From the NCBI RefSeq assembly GCF_001194135.2, contig NC_068988.1, positions 16,008,006 through 16,072,005 of the forward strand: 64,000 nucleotides of DNA. Reading direction: 5' to 3'. Positions 1 to 11,264 of the stretch are shown here, piece after piece. Source of the stretch: Octopus bimaculoides (Eukaryota). The notes under the pieces are model-generated. The model had not been told where the DNA came from, searched no databases, and worked only from the letters and a program-made list of their open reading frames with translations. Numbering within the stretch: the first letter of the stretch is position 1; each line of letters starts with the position of its first letter. Both the position numbers and the translations under genes were made by a program.

Positions 1-269
1 GTTGACTAAATGTACATAAGTCTGTTTTAGACTGTCACATAAGTCTGTCACAATATTGACAAGTACGAAGAAGTCTTTGTTTCTCTGATGAGCTTATAAT
101 GTTATGGAAACCTGTTCAGAGTTGTTTCCCGTATTTGTCTAAATACTTGAAATGACATTAGTCCATTAAATATCTAGACCTCTAGATCAGTAAATTGTTA
201 ATAGTATAATTTTCCAGATTATTGATCGCATCTTTGCAGTTGACAAATGTTTTAATATTTCCATCTACA

Positions 270-390
270 ACACATTTCGATCGGTTTGATCTACGACCGC
301 CTGATCTTCGACCTTCTAATCTCCGATAGTTTGATCTTCGATCTTTTGATCTCGGATTGTTTGATCTATGATTGAGGATCAACCTGATCG
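270..390. repeat. Degenerate ~15-bp tandem repeat (TTGATCT core)
   Basis: Recurring tttgatct/ctgatct/ctaatct units about 15 bp apart (e.g. tttgatctacgaccg, ctgatcttcgacctt, ttgatcttcgatctt, ttgatctcggattgt). Confidence 0.6.
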
Positions 391-775
391 AAACGCAAAT
401 TAGATGTAAATAAAACATTTTAATCTGTAAAGTTGATGTGGATAATCATTAAAATTTTAATGTCATCATTAATATCATTACTGATTCAATATTATTATTA
501 TTATTATTATTTATTCCTTACTCTACTATCATTTCTATTTTGATTTTCTTTAATTCCTACCTGATTGAATATGCCAGCATTTCGTTAAATACCTTAATTA
601 CTAATTATTAACGAACGACACAAATTTCACAAAAATGCTAAATGCATTATCAAGTTTTAACTAAAGTTAAATATTTCCATGAAATATGTAAACTGTTAGA
701 AAATTCTCAATGTTGTCATAAGCACGTTTGGCTTACGCCTCATATCTCTTAAACCCTTGTATACTTTCTAAGATC

Positions 776-1150
776 GTGGAGGTACAATGGCCCAGTGGTT
801 AGGGCAGCGGACTCGCGGTCATAGGATGGCGGTTTCGATTCCCAGACCGGGCGTTATGAGTGTTTATTCAGCGAAAACGCCTAAAGCTCCATGAAGCTCC
901 GGCAGAGGATGGTGGCGAACCCTGCTGTACTCTTTCACCACAACTTTCTCTCACTCTTATTTCCTGTTTCTGTTGTGCCTGCAATTCAAAGGGCCAGCCT
1001 TATCACGCTGAATATCCCCGAGAACTACATTAAGGGTACACGTTTCTGTGGAGTGCTCAGCCACTTGCACGTTAATTTCACGAGCAGGCTGTTCCATTGA
1101 TCAGATCAACTGGAACCCTCGACGTCGTAAGCGACGGAGTGCCAACACAC
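776..1150 (+). mobile_element. Full-length tRNA-derived SINE (family B, OR1/OR2-like) with 13-bp TSD
   Basis: Pol III A box TGGCCCAGTGG and B box GGTTTCGATTCC; 3' tail shared with copies at 30.4 and 43.2-43.7 kb; flanked by identical ACTTTCTAAGATC at 763-775 and 1151-1163. The OR family name is from memory. Confidence 0.9.
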
Positions 1151-1359
1151 ACTTTCTAAGATCATGCTTTTATATATTTCTGTCATCAGACAGCGATTTC
1201 ACTGGGACAACGCATTAAATACGACGGGGTAGCATGTACCATGCTGTTGTCAATTTTTTAGGTGCTTATGTAGTCGCGTGCTGAGAGAGACAGAATCTTG
1301 ACAATACCATTATTCATTCAGCGCAGCATGAAGGATGTGACAGCTTGGAGCGGGAGAGC

Positions 1360-1480
1360 TGTACTAGCCATGCTCTGGTGCTCATTTTCAGCTGAGTACA
1401 GAACGCACGGTTTGATTCAGGAATCGAATCCATTATCTTATAATCGTGAGCCTAACACTGTAACTTACACACCACGTGTC
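1360..1480 (-). mobile_element. Degenerate SINE family B2 5' fragment
   Basis: ctcattttcagctgag...aggaatcgaatcc...cgtgagcctaacac resembles the minus-strand copies at 30.5 and 43.6 kb. Confidence 0.55.
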
Positions 1481-2678
1481 TTCAAATGTGTAATATGCAT
1501 AATCTTATAATTTCTAATATAAGTTATTCAAAGATGGAGATAAGCGCCGACTAAGTGGCTCAAATGCAGCCAGTCGTGAGGTTGGATATACATTTAACGT
1601 TAGTAGGTAAAAGGTTTTGTGGGAAGGGGTGTTTTGAAAGCTCGTGACAAAGGGAATTCCGCTAAAGTTAGTGACCTGTAAAGCCTACCACAGAAATTAG
1701 TTCGCTTCTTACCCCAGTCAGTGCGGAAAATATATTTAATTTTCAGCGTAGCAGAATGAAGAGAAGAGACACGTCCTTCACTCAGGGCACTTGTAAAATG
1801 ATGCGATCTCACAACGTTGCAAATAAAATAAAGGAACCGTTTTGTAGTTGGTCTACGAGCTAGATACCTCCTCTTACCGTCATCAAAGAGGGAGAAGGAC
1901 ACATAGTATAATGCATGTGTGAAACGTGAATGGACACAGCAAGAATATATTTGATCGAATTGCTTGATAGGTCTGCTACAGAAATGAGCTTATAATGATG
2001 TCAATTTGTACTTCTTACCACAAATAGTAAGGAACGTAATTTCAATTTTCAATGATGCTGAAACAAAGAACCTACCATTTCTTTTACTAGTGACTGACCT
2101 GTGGTTAAACGGCTATAACGAATGCACCAAGATGTTGGTAAGGGCTTCCATTCATCAATTAAAAGTTTCGTCAGAATAAACTAATAAATGGTTGACTATA
2201 GTCAATGTATGAATCAAAGGACGAATGAAAGATTTTGTTTGTCAAGGAGAAAATTGATAAATAAATGAAAAGTAAATTTAACGAAAGAACTGTACTTACA
2301 GAAATACGAAATTGTTCAAGGAAAGAGGAAAAAGGAAAAAGTAAAAAGAAAGGAAAAATCGAATCTGTAGACATTGATTATTGTTATTATCGAAATGCAC
2401 ATTGATTATATTTTGACTTCCTGATGTAGACGAAAAGGAAATTAACTCATTATTAACAGAGAAATCGTCTTCGGTTAATTCTAAACGAGATTGAATTAAA
2501 TTGAGCGGATACGTGTGTCTTTTAATTAACACGCATTTAGTATAACTACATATTTATGAGGTCCAAATGTAAAGGTGAAACGTAACTAGGAGGTCTATGA
2601 GGTGTATAAGGATGAAGGGATTTTCAATCACTGGAACAAAAATTCCAGTTTCAAATCTTCATTAGATCATTTGGTAGT

Positions 2679-2863
2679 TTCAAATTTTGACACAAGGCCA
2701 GTAATTTCCGGGTAGGGCATGAAGGGAAGTGGTACTAATTTTATCGACTTCAAAAAGATGAAAGGTCAAGCTGACCTCGGCGAATTTGAATTCAGAACAT
2801 AAAGAGAGACGAAATGACAATAAGCATCTCGCCACCCACCAGCGAATCTACCAACCCGCCGCC
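2679..2863 (-). mobile_element. SINE family A, degenerate, tail type 2
   Basis: Matches the head/core of 17673-17905 (gatgaaaggtcaagctgacctcggcgaatttgaattcagaac); tail ggccttgtgtcaaaatttgaa. Confidence 0.8.
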
Positions 2864-2899
2864 TTTACTTGATACAGATATATTAATTGTTCCGCATGT

Positions 2900-2991
2900 T
2901 TAGTGTGTGTGTGTATGTGTGTGCGTGCGTGTGTATATATACTTATATATATATATACATGCAAATATACATATATATGTATATATACACG

Positions 2992-3036
<45 letters not shown>

Positions 3037-3041
3037 ATATA
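2900..3041. repeat. Compound microsatellite (TG)n/(TA)n/(TATC)n
   Basis: Directly visible. Confidence 0.95.
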
Positions 3042-3270
3042 TATTTCTTTATTGCCCACTAGGGGCTAAACATAGAGGGGACAAACAAGGACAGACAGAG
3101 GGATTAAGTCGATTAGATCGACCCCAGTACGTAACTGGTACTTTATTTATGGACGCTGAAAGGATGAAAGGCAAAGTCGACCTCGGCGGAATTTGAACCC
3201 AGAACGTAACGGCAGACGAAATAACGCTAAGTATTTCGTCCGGCGCGCTAACGTTTCTGCCAGCTCGCCG
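3042..3270 (-). mobile_element. Full-length SINE family A, tail type 1
   Basis: Reverse complement closely matches 17673-17905, from head cggcgagctggcagaaacgttagc to tail gtttagcccctagtgggcaataaagaaata. Confidence 0.92.
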
Positions 3271-3376
3271 TATATTTAGATATACGAGACTAAAAAAAAA
3301 AAAAAACATGGTACAAGACTTCTGATGAAGGTACAAGATTTCAAGACTCAAAACTTTTCATGTTTACTTATGACAA

Positions 3377-3575
3377 GGTCCGACTTACACAGAATAGAAA
3401 TGATATCAGGAATTAAAGGGATTGAAGACGAAGGATGGTATTATCCGATGATGGGATCAATTTACAATTATTATTTCGGACCAACAGCCGTCCACCAATC
3501 AACTGTTGGACTAGTAAAACTCTTATTCAATCCCTTTAATTCCTGATATCATTTCTATTCTCTGTGAGTCGGACC
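3377..3575. mobile_element. MITE/foldback with 50-bp terminal inverted repeats
   Basis: 3377-3426 is the reverse complement of 3526-3575 with 2 mismatches; no clear TSD. Confidence 0.75.
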
Positions 3576-3635
3576 GTTTTATATATAAAGATATGTACAA
3601 TTATTGTATTAGACGTATTTAATATTTTTTGTAGA

Positions 3636-3860
3636 AGGCGGTGAGGTAGCAGAAACGTTAGCAGGCCGGGCGAAATGCTTAGCGGTATTTCGTCTGCCGC
3701 TACGTTCTGAGTTCAAATTCCTCCATTATTTATTGTACCAGCACTTTATTATTAACTCCAAATGGATGAAAGGTAAACTATTATTTCGATGGGATTTGAA
3801 CTCAGAGTGCAGGAAAACGGACAAATACCATAACACACTGTAGTATCTGCCAGGTTCCCC
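3636..3860. mobile_element. SINE family A head (+, 3636-3724) fused to a degenerate minus-strand copy
   Basis: aggcggtgaggtagcagaaacgttagc...gagttcaaattc, then ggatgaaaggtaaac...gatttgaactcagag. Confidence 0.75.
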
Positions 3861-5699
3861 GATATAGTCATTAGCATGTCACGGAGTTACCCTCTTGTAG
3901 AATATTATTGATAGACACCCAAATGGACCTAGGGTAGATGATGCCCTTCAGCTCCTTATCTATTCATCAGAGAGAAGGTAACTCAACATTAACGCTGCAT
4001 GTCGATAATTATTGGATTCGTGGCATCTGTTGCATTAGACCATTACTAGTTGAAAGAATCAGAACGTGGAACTAGTTCTGCATGAAAGATACTTCCGATA
4101 ATAATAAACCCCTGGTTCCTTCCCGGGTAATTTATTGAGCGTTTAAAAACGGCTAAGCGGTGGGAAAGGAAACTCCTAAAGAAAATCCAGAGGGAGGGTC
4201 CATAACGCAGGTATGTATTGTTATAATTCACTGCTATTTGGCATACCCTCTGGCTCCATGAATGCTGTGAACATATTTTCATCGTGTACTTAGGGCTAAG
4301 CTTTTGCTCTTGGAAACAGCCTCGGTACAGCAAAGGTGGATGAGTTATTGTTTACAACAATACCGTCGACCAACGACGAAAACGGTCAATCAAAACCAAA
4401 GTTACACGCGCGGCGTGTTTGTGTGGAGGGTATATCAGCCGAAACGTTGTGTTAACAATAAACAAGATGAAGATAAATATCCGTCAAATGTAAATAATGT
4501 ACATAATTCCTCATCTCTTAAATATAGAACTGTATTCATATATTTATATATATATATATGTGTTATGTATGCATATGTGTATAGTGAGGTAACATTAAAC
4601 TCACCGTTTCTTTATTGAATAAATATAGTGATATATATATATATATATATATTAACATTAAAGCAATGCTAGGTGCCAGCATTAATTTTATTTCATCAGC
4701 TCAATGTACTTATATAAGTAATGAGACACTATTAAGATTCCTAATATATCAGAGATCGGCTATAAAAAGAAATACTTAATTCTTTGATAAACTAATATTT
4801 GGAGACAGTCGGCGTCATTTGGAACTTGAAGCCGGAAGAAATTTTAGTCACACCAGAGTTCATTTAGGTTTGATTTTCCGGAAGGATAAACATTGCTATG
4901 CACTAAATTTAAGTAGGAAATAAAAAGAGAAAAGACAAATACTACATAAAAGAAAAAAGACAAACGAGGAATGATTGTCTCTGACAAGTATAAAAAAGGC
5001 AATATTTTTCTGTCGGAAAATATACATTAATTCTTCATGTGATATTAAAGCATTATCTTATCAATATTGTCTGGCAGATCTGCCATGTAATATCTGGTTA
5101 CCAATCAAATTTACGTCCGAAAAAGATACACCAAATTTCAGAGTTGTTTCTATAACATAATAAAACCATGATCAACATATTCGAGCTCGGCATTTGGCAC
5201 ATGACATGATGGATTTACAGTTGAAAAGTTTCTCTTCAAGTCAAAGAGCCTGGGAAAGGTTTCTTTTTGAAGAGAAGACAATCAGTGTTGAACATGTATG
5301 AAAATTTTCCCCTCCGCAGCATTGATATTGTCCAAGAGTATATCTGTTGCAACTTGGTAGGAACATAGCAGCAGGTGTTGCTGTTACAACACAAAGAACT
5401 GGGACAGTTACCGCACTCTGTTTTACTGCACTCTGTTTTACTGGTAATTGCATAATCATTAATTAGTGATTATAATTTAATCAAGTATTTTTGATAATTA
5501 TTTCATGGCACCTGTTGCTAGTTGACGAAGAGCTTCTCAGAGTAAATCTCTGTACACACTTGCCCCGCCCCATCTAAAATGAATTCTTATAAAGCAAATA
5601 AAAATGCTTTACTAAAACTTTACAGGCATACACACAGAGACATTTCTAGAATAACATGGGGCAAGGCTACATGACGTCACTTGCACAATCTTATTGCAA

Positions 5700-6559
5700 C
5701 CTTCTTTTGGTCAACAAACTTTTTTTATCTGCGATATTATGTTCTGAACATTTTTGGCACTCTGTTCTGCGATGTGACGAAACGAAATTCGAGTTATTTG
5801 GTCACAATGATAGGATTACTGTTTGGAGGAAAAGAGGAGAAGCCTACAGTCTGAAGAATACCATCCCTACCATCAAACATGGAGGAGGCATCATAATGCT
5901 GTAGAGCCATTTTCTTGCGAAAGGCATTGGAAAATTTATTTCGAATTGAAGGAACGATGGAAATAGAAAATTATCTCGAAATTTTGAATGAAAAACCTGA
6001 AGTCCTTCACAAAGCAGCTGGGATTAGAAGCCGTTGGATCCTCAGGCAAAATCCCAATGATCCCAAGTATACCTCACTTTAAATCCAAAATTGTTTGAAA
6101 GAAAACAGGATAGATGTACTTTCTTGGCCAGCTCAAAGTCTTGTGTCAAATCTGATAGAAAAATTTATGGAACTAAAGAAAAGAGTGACCACAAGAAGGC
6201 AATCTAATTTGAAGCAACTGGAAGAATATATGATTGAAGAATGGGATAAAATTCCTTCTGAAGCCAAATGAAAATTATTATCGCAAATTGAAGAAAGTTA
6301 TTAAGCATAAAGGATACACTGCTGATCATTAATCATCGAATGTTGTAGAAGTACCAATAATTTTGAGACATCTAATTATTTTGCTTTACTGTTTTGCTTG
6401 TAAAAAATAAATTGCTTTGGAAATTTAACTTTTGTTTGACATTCCTTAAACATATGTGCCTACATGGATCAAAAATTATTTATGTAGACGCTAATTTTAG
6501 GGAGAAATTCAATAAAAACCCACCTTTGACAAGGGTGCCAACAGTTGTGCGCATCAGTA
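5700..6559 (+). mobile_element. 5'-truncated, decayed Tc1-type (DD34E) transposon
   Basis: FWHSVLRCDETKFELFG...TIKHGGG, then NDPK and NLIE motifs with stops and frameshifts; the right end has two copies of a gtrccaaya...ttgwg motif (about 6351 and 6535), typical of long Tc1 TIRs, ending cagTA. Confidence 0.85.
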
Positions 6560-6829
6560 TATACATACACATGTATATATATATACATATATANNNNNNN
6601 NNNNNNNNNNNNNNNNNNNNNNNNNNNNNNNNNNNNNNNNNNNNNNNNNNNNNNNNNNNNNNNNNNNNNNNNNNNNNNNNNNNNNNNNNNNNNNNNNNNN
6701 NNNNNNNNNNNNNNATTTGGCACAGCGTGTATTTCCCTCTATTCGTAAAAGAATTACGATTCAAAACTTACGCTTTGATAGATATCTGTTTCTATTTCAA
6801 TTCGTTGTAATAGCTGATTCGATTTGAGA

Positions 6830-7070
6830 ATCAGTAATTCAAATCCCGTAAGTGATACGATTTTGTACCTTGCAAAATCTGACACAACTTATCACACATC
6901 TCTGACTGTAGATCAAAGCTTAATATAAGCCAATATATTTAACCATGAGTTTCATAACATGGGACATATCTAATTCGTTGTAGAGCAGGATTTGTGTTTT
7001 TGAGTATCTAAAGACGCTGCTAAGACGCTTGAATGGGGTTTGAAAGACTTGAACGTTGCATCAAACATTT
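6830..7070 (-). pseudogene. Possible fossil MULE-type DDE transposase fragment
   Basis: One minus-strand frame reads MFDATFKSFK...WLNILAYIKL...VVSDFAR with several stops; D...D motifs about 60 aa apart resemble MULE DGTFK...TDF. Confidence 0.3.
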
Positions 7071-7532
7071 GTCTACTCTCCTAGAATCATAGAATCAAGT
7101 TTGTAGACATTATAAGCGTTTCAAATGGTTGCTGTAATACTTGTCAGCTTACCACAGAAACGTAAATTTAATAACAGATATAATTCTAAGTTGAAGTATG
7201 CTGCTAATAATTTGATCAGTTATCACAACATTGCTCTAATACAATTATCCTTCTATTAACCACATGATACACCAACGATTCATGAAATTCTCCGTAAATC
7301 AATCTTCTTCTTAAAGCATTTCAACTGAAATAATTCATGAGGAAACGTTTATAACCAAGTAATGTTTGACTCAGTCATCAGATTGATTAACTTTCAAGAT
7401 ACAATTCGATTTCAGAACTATAAATTATAAAATTATTTATCGCATTTAAGCCAGTTCAGTACTTTTCCATCTAATTTCTATCCTTCCCTTTCTTGAGTTT
7501 CAAACCAGCGTAGTGATGTGATGAAGTTTGAG

Positions 7533-7699
7533 CCATGGGCAAATTGCGGCTCATTGGATTTTCTCAGTGGTACGCCTAACGAAAAATTACCTTGAATGTT
7601 TTTAGTAGTTCGAACAGCATGATGGTGAATTATAGTACGAAGAACATGATGAATTACGTCTCGTGCGGCCCGCTTCTCGAAAAAGGTTGTCCGTACCTG
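7533..7699. mobile_element. Possible hAT (Charlie-like) MITE remnant
   Basis: Left atgggcaaattgcggctc and right gtgcggcccgc...aaaaaggttgtccgtacctg resemble hAT-Charlie ends; degenerate. Confidence 0.35.
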
Positions 7700-9299
7700 G
7701 CTTTAGATCGTCACTGAAGGGACTCTGTTAGCAACAGTAATACAAGATGAAGACTAGCATTGACTTAAAGCCTTTTCTTTACGGTCATTGCTTCATTACT
7801 TTTTTTTTCTCTTAGATGGATTAGTATTGTATAATCTTATTAAGAAATATTTTCTACGGATAATATAACACCTACATAAGGAATAATAAATCTAAGTTCA
7901 GAGACTCACCCGTATACATAAGATTGAAATGCTGATTTACACTTTTTGAAAAGGCTAAACGACTGATGACTGCATCCACTTTCTTTAACATCGTGTGGGG
8001 ACTTAATCGAAGTTCAAAATGTGATGATGGCTAACAGAAGTAAGCAGAAATAAAATTATTTGATGCATTTGTTCTATCTTGTATAGTGTTACAGTGGAGT
8101 TATTAAATACAAATGGTTGTTTTCAATGTCTCGACAGTACATTCGTATTTTTTATTGTATTTTCTTTGTGTACTCCATTTCTTAAATGATTTATTTTATA
8201 ACATCAGATATTTTTCGTACGTTTTAATTGTATAATTTTCATAAAATATATCCACTTCTCCTCTCACTGTAACTAATACTGCTGTTATTCCTACACAAAC
8301 ACCATTACCATCATCGTGCTCTACAAAAAACGAAGCAAAAGCAACAATAAAGAATAAATCTGAACAAAAACTAACGTTCCTCAAAACATAATTTCTATTG
8401 TCTGGAAAATGTTTTGAAATATATGTGTCTGTTATTATTAAAGGAAGATAATAACTAATCTAGTCTAGGTGACAGGAAGAGAAAAACACGTTCTATCAAT
8501 ATAAAAAAATAAAGAAATGGAAAACCATTGGAAATAAGACAAAACGAAGCTAATATAATGGAAATTGATTTATTGCGATGATAACTTAATGCAGAAAGAG
8601 AGAGAAGGGGTAGGAGAGATTATTTTACTTTGGAAGCCAAAAACAAAGACAGAACAACAATAATAAAAGAAATTACTATCATATAACGGAAGTGTGTTTG
8701 TTATATTCTTGTTTATAAATTACAAATCTGTATATTGTGATAATTACAAAGATTAGTTGTGGCAGAGTTGCATATAGAGGGATACAATATGAATTGTAGC
8801 ATTGAATCAGTTTTCAGATCGTAAGCAAATTATTCCATTATAATCTGTCTCGCCTACCCAACGTCCTTGATTGCGTACATGGAAATAAAAGGAGATATAG
8901 ATGACTGTAAAGCGACACTATACAGGCATACCTCAACTTACGTCAGTAACAGGTTCCAGCAAGACATGCGACATAACTTGAAAGATGTCGTAACACGATA
9001 AAACACTTTAAAAGAATAATATTAGCGTATATATGTTTTAATAAATGGTTTGTACATATTTTCGCATGTATCTTATTTGATCTCCACTTCGGTATTGGAT
9101 TTTAGGTGTTTTTAAAGCTTTTATGCGTTTAAATATATTTATTGAACCGAATAAATTGACAGAAATTGAAGTTTATTTTTCCAATATTTTCTTTAGAATA
9201 CTACATAAATAGAAAAGGAAGAATTTCGGAACAATGTAAACTGAGGTGCGCCTGTAAAAGGAAATATATATAACTGGGAGTTTTTTGAGCAAAAGCAAA

Positions 9300-9518
9300 G
9301 GAGACAGTGCTGAAAAGTTCCTAGATTTGGATAAAAAGGAAATACAGGAGGATCAGTTAATCATGATTTTATTCAGCATATTCCCCTCTCAGATTCACAC
9401 ACTTATTGCAGAGGTCCCTCCTTTTCTCTAAGCCCTATAAAAGAACTCAGAAGGTCGTGCCTCCAACCAGGCCTTTCGCGATACTCTTAAAACCAGGAAC
9501 TTTTCAGCACCCCATCGA
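9300..9518. mobile_element. Mariner-derived MITE
   Basis: Inverted repeats gtgctgaaaagttcct (from 9307) and aggaacttttcagcac (to 9510); similar to the TIRs of the mariner at 11265-12607. Confidence 0.8.
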
Positions 9519-9865
9519 AGATATTAGCGGAAAGTAAACTGTTGAGATTCATGGCCACCAAATGGGAATGGGGATAAAACATTACAACTAACATAAATAG
9601 ATGTTGCAGTCAAAAAAGGGAAGAAAACATTGTATTCTGAGGTAGGTAAGCAGAAAATAGGACTCTTGTGATATAAAGGCCCTGGTCTTTGAAAAGTTCG
9701 ATAGGTCTTTCAGATCTATAGATTAAGGCAAGAACTATAAAAAATGAAACCAACTTTACATACTCAAAAATCAAGAGTGAATGAAATCTTTCTGAACTGT
9801 GAATTCGTTATGAAGTCTTTTCGAGTTCACATAACGATTATTTTCTAATATATTTCTGATGTTTA

Positions 9866-10087
9866 AGGTAGCGAGCTGGCAGAATCATTAGCATATCAGG
9901 CAAAATGCTTAGTGACATTTCATCCGTCAGTACGTTAAGAATTGAAATTCAGTCGAGGTCATCTTTGCCTTTTCACCATTTCGGTTCGATAAAGTAAGTG
10001 ACCAGTTGAATACAGGGGCTAATGTAATCGATTCACCATCTACTCTGAAATTGCAGGCCTTGCGCCAAAATTTGAAATCAATATATT
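9866..10087 (+). mobile_element. SINE family A, tail type 2
   Basis: Head aggtagcgagctggcagaatcattagc, core gaggtcatctttgccttttcacc, tail ggccttgcgccaaaatttgaaatcaatat. Confidence 0.85.
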
Positions 10088-11264
10088 TCTGGTATTTTAG
10101 AAATCTTTTCCTTCGAGCTATAAGATTCAAAGAATAGCAATATCTTTCGAAGAGCTTTTCAATAGTATTTAAGAACATATTCATGAAGTTTAAAAGTGGA
10201 CAATTGATTGCTGATCTTTAGGTAATGATCATAGATGAATTGTTAATTTAGGTTGAACTTAGAATTTAAAATACATTTAGAATACTTGTCTTAGCTGTTT
10301 GAAAGATGTTGCTGAGCTATGAAAGATGAGAAACAATGCTTTGGAGGATCTTGTTCTATGTTAAACTTCAGCATACTAAAAGTAAGTGACGGGAGAGAAA
10401 TAAAAAAATAACCATACTTTCACACCGTAAGAAAGTGTAAGATCTTCATTATTTTCTTTTTTTCAGAATCGTTACAGTGGTGGATAAAGTTTTTTAAAGC
10501 ATTTGTTCTAGTTTTCTGCAATACGAGTTGAAATCCTGTCGAGGTCAACTTTGAATTTCATTCTTTGGTATGAAGTACATAAAGCTCGAGACAGTGATAT
10601 CAATAGGTTGACGGACTAAGATTGAATAATATGTACAATAATGCAGGTGCTGAAAATGAATATATAACTAAAAATTAAAAAGATAAAACGTCTCGGTTCT
10701 GGACATGTACGAGTGACTGTATTGAACAAAGGGAGATATGTTAAAGCAAACTGAAGTCGCTTTAGATGACTGGTTCTCTACCAAGGTACTAGTGCCCTAT
10801 TTAGGTACTTTGTGGGCTCAAATGAAGGCGGCAAATATCAAAGTGGTTCTATAGACCATGTTGAGTTTTTATGAGTTTTTAGAAATAAGATGCATTTTAA
10901 GGATATTTTGTCGGAATTAATACACGAATGGGACATTATGTTATCAGTAATAAAAAGAAACATGATTGATAGTTCATTAAGGTCCAATATAATATCTTTA
11001 TCTTAATTTTTTTCCTTTGTAGTAATTTCCATAAAAAATTAACAAAATAGGTATTCGTTACGTAAATATCTAGAAAAAACACATACCGGATGTGACACTA
11101 TAAGAAAACTTGAACAATAATCCACTATGCCAAATTAGTTGATTAAAGGATATCGCGATGCATACAAACCGAGATCCAATGCTTTAGACGGATGCAAAAA
11201 TTCTGAATGGAATTGGCATGGGAGAACTACAAAATAACTAGCATACTTTCACACAGTCAGAAAA

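Noticed and set aside
182-418. 78-aa Arg/Ser-rich ORF
   Set aside because: It is a translation of the 15-bp tandem array; no domain.
776-855. tRNA-like sequence
   Set aside because: It continues into a SINE body flanked by a TSD; not a tRNA gene.
1995-2140. Open plus frame LYFLPQIVRNVISIF...ECTKML followed by gtaagg
   Set aside because: No usable acceptor, an in-frame stop just upstream, and no recognised domain.
2430-2500. LPDVDEKEINSLLTEKSS, faintly like a Crypton N-terminus
   Set aside because: Too short and ends in a stop; no recombinase motifs follow.
3325-3546. 73-aa ORF
   Set aside because: It lies across the foldback MITE arms; spurious.
4046-4530. ORFs, a CAG|GTATGT donor and a ccgaaacgttgtg motif
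   Set aside because: All frames before the donor are blocked by stops; the CTGANGA half of a hammerhead is absent.
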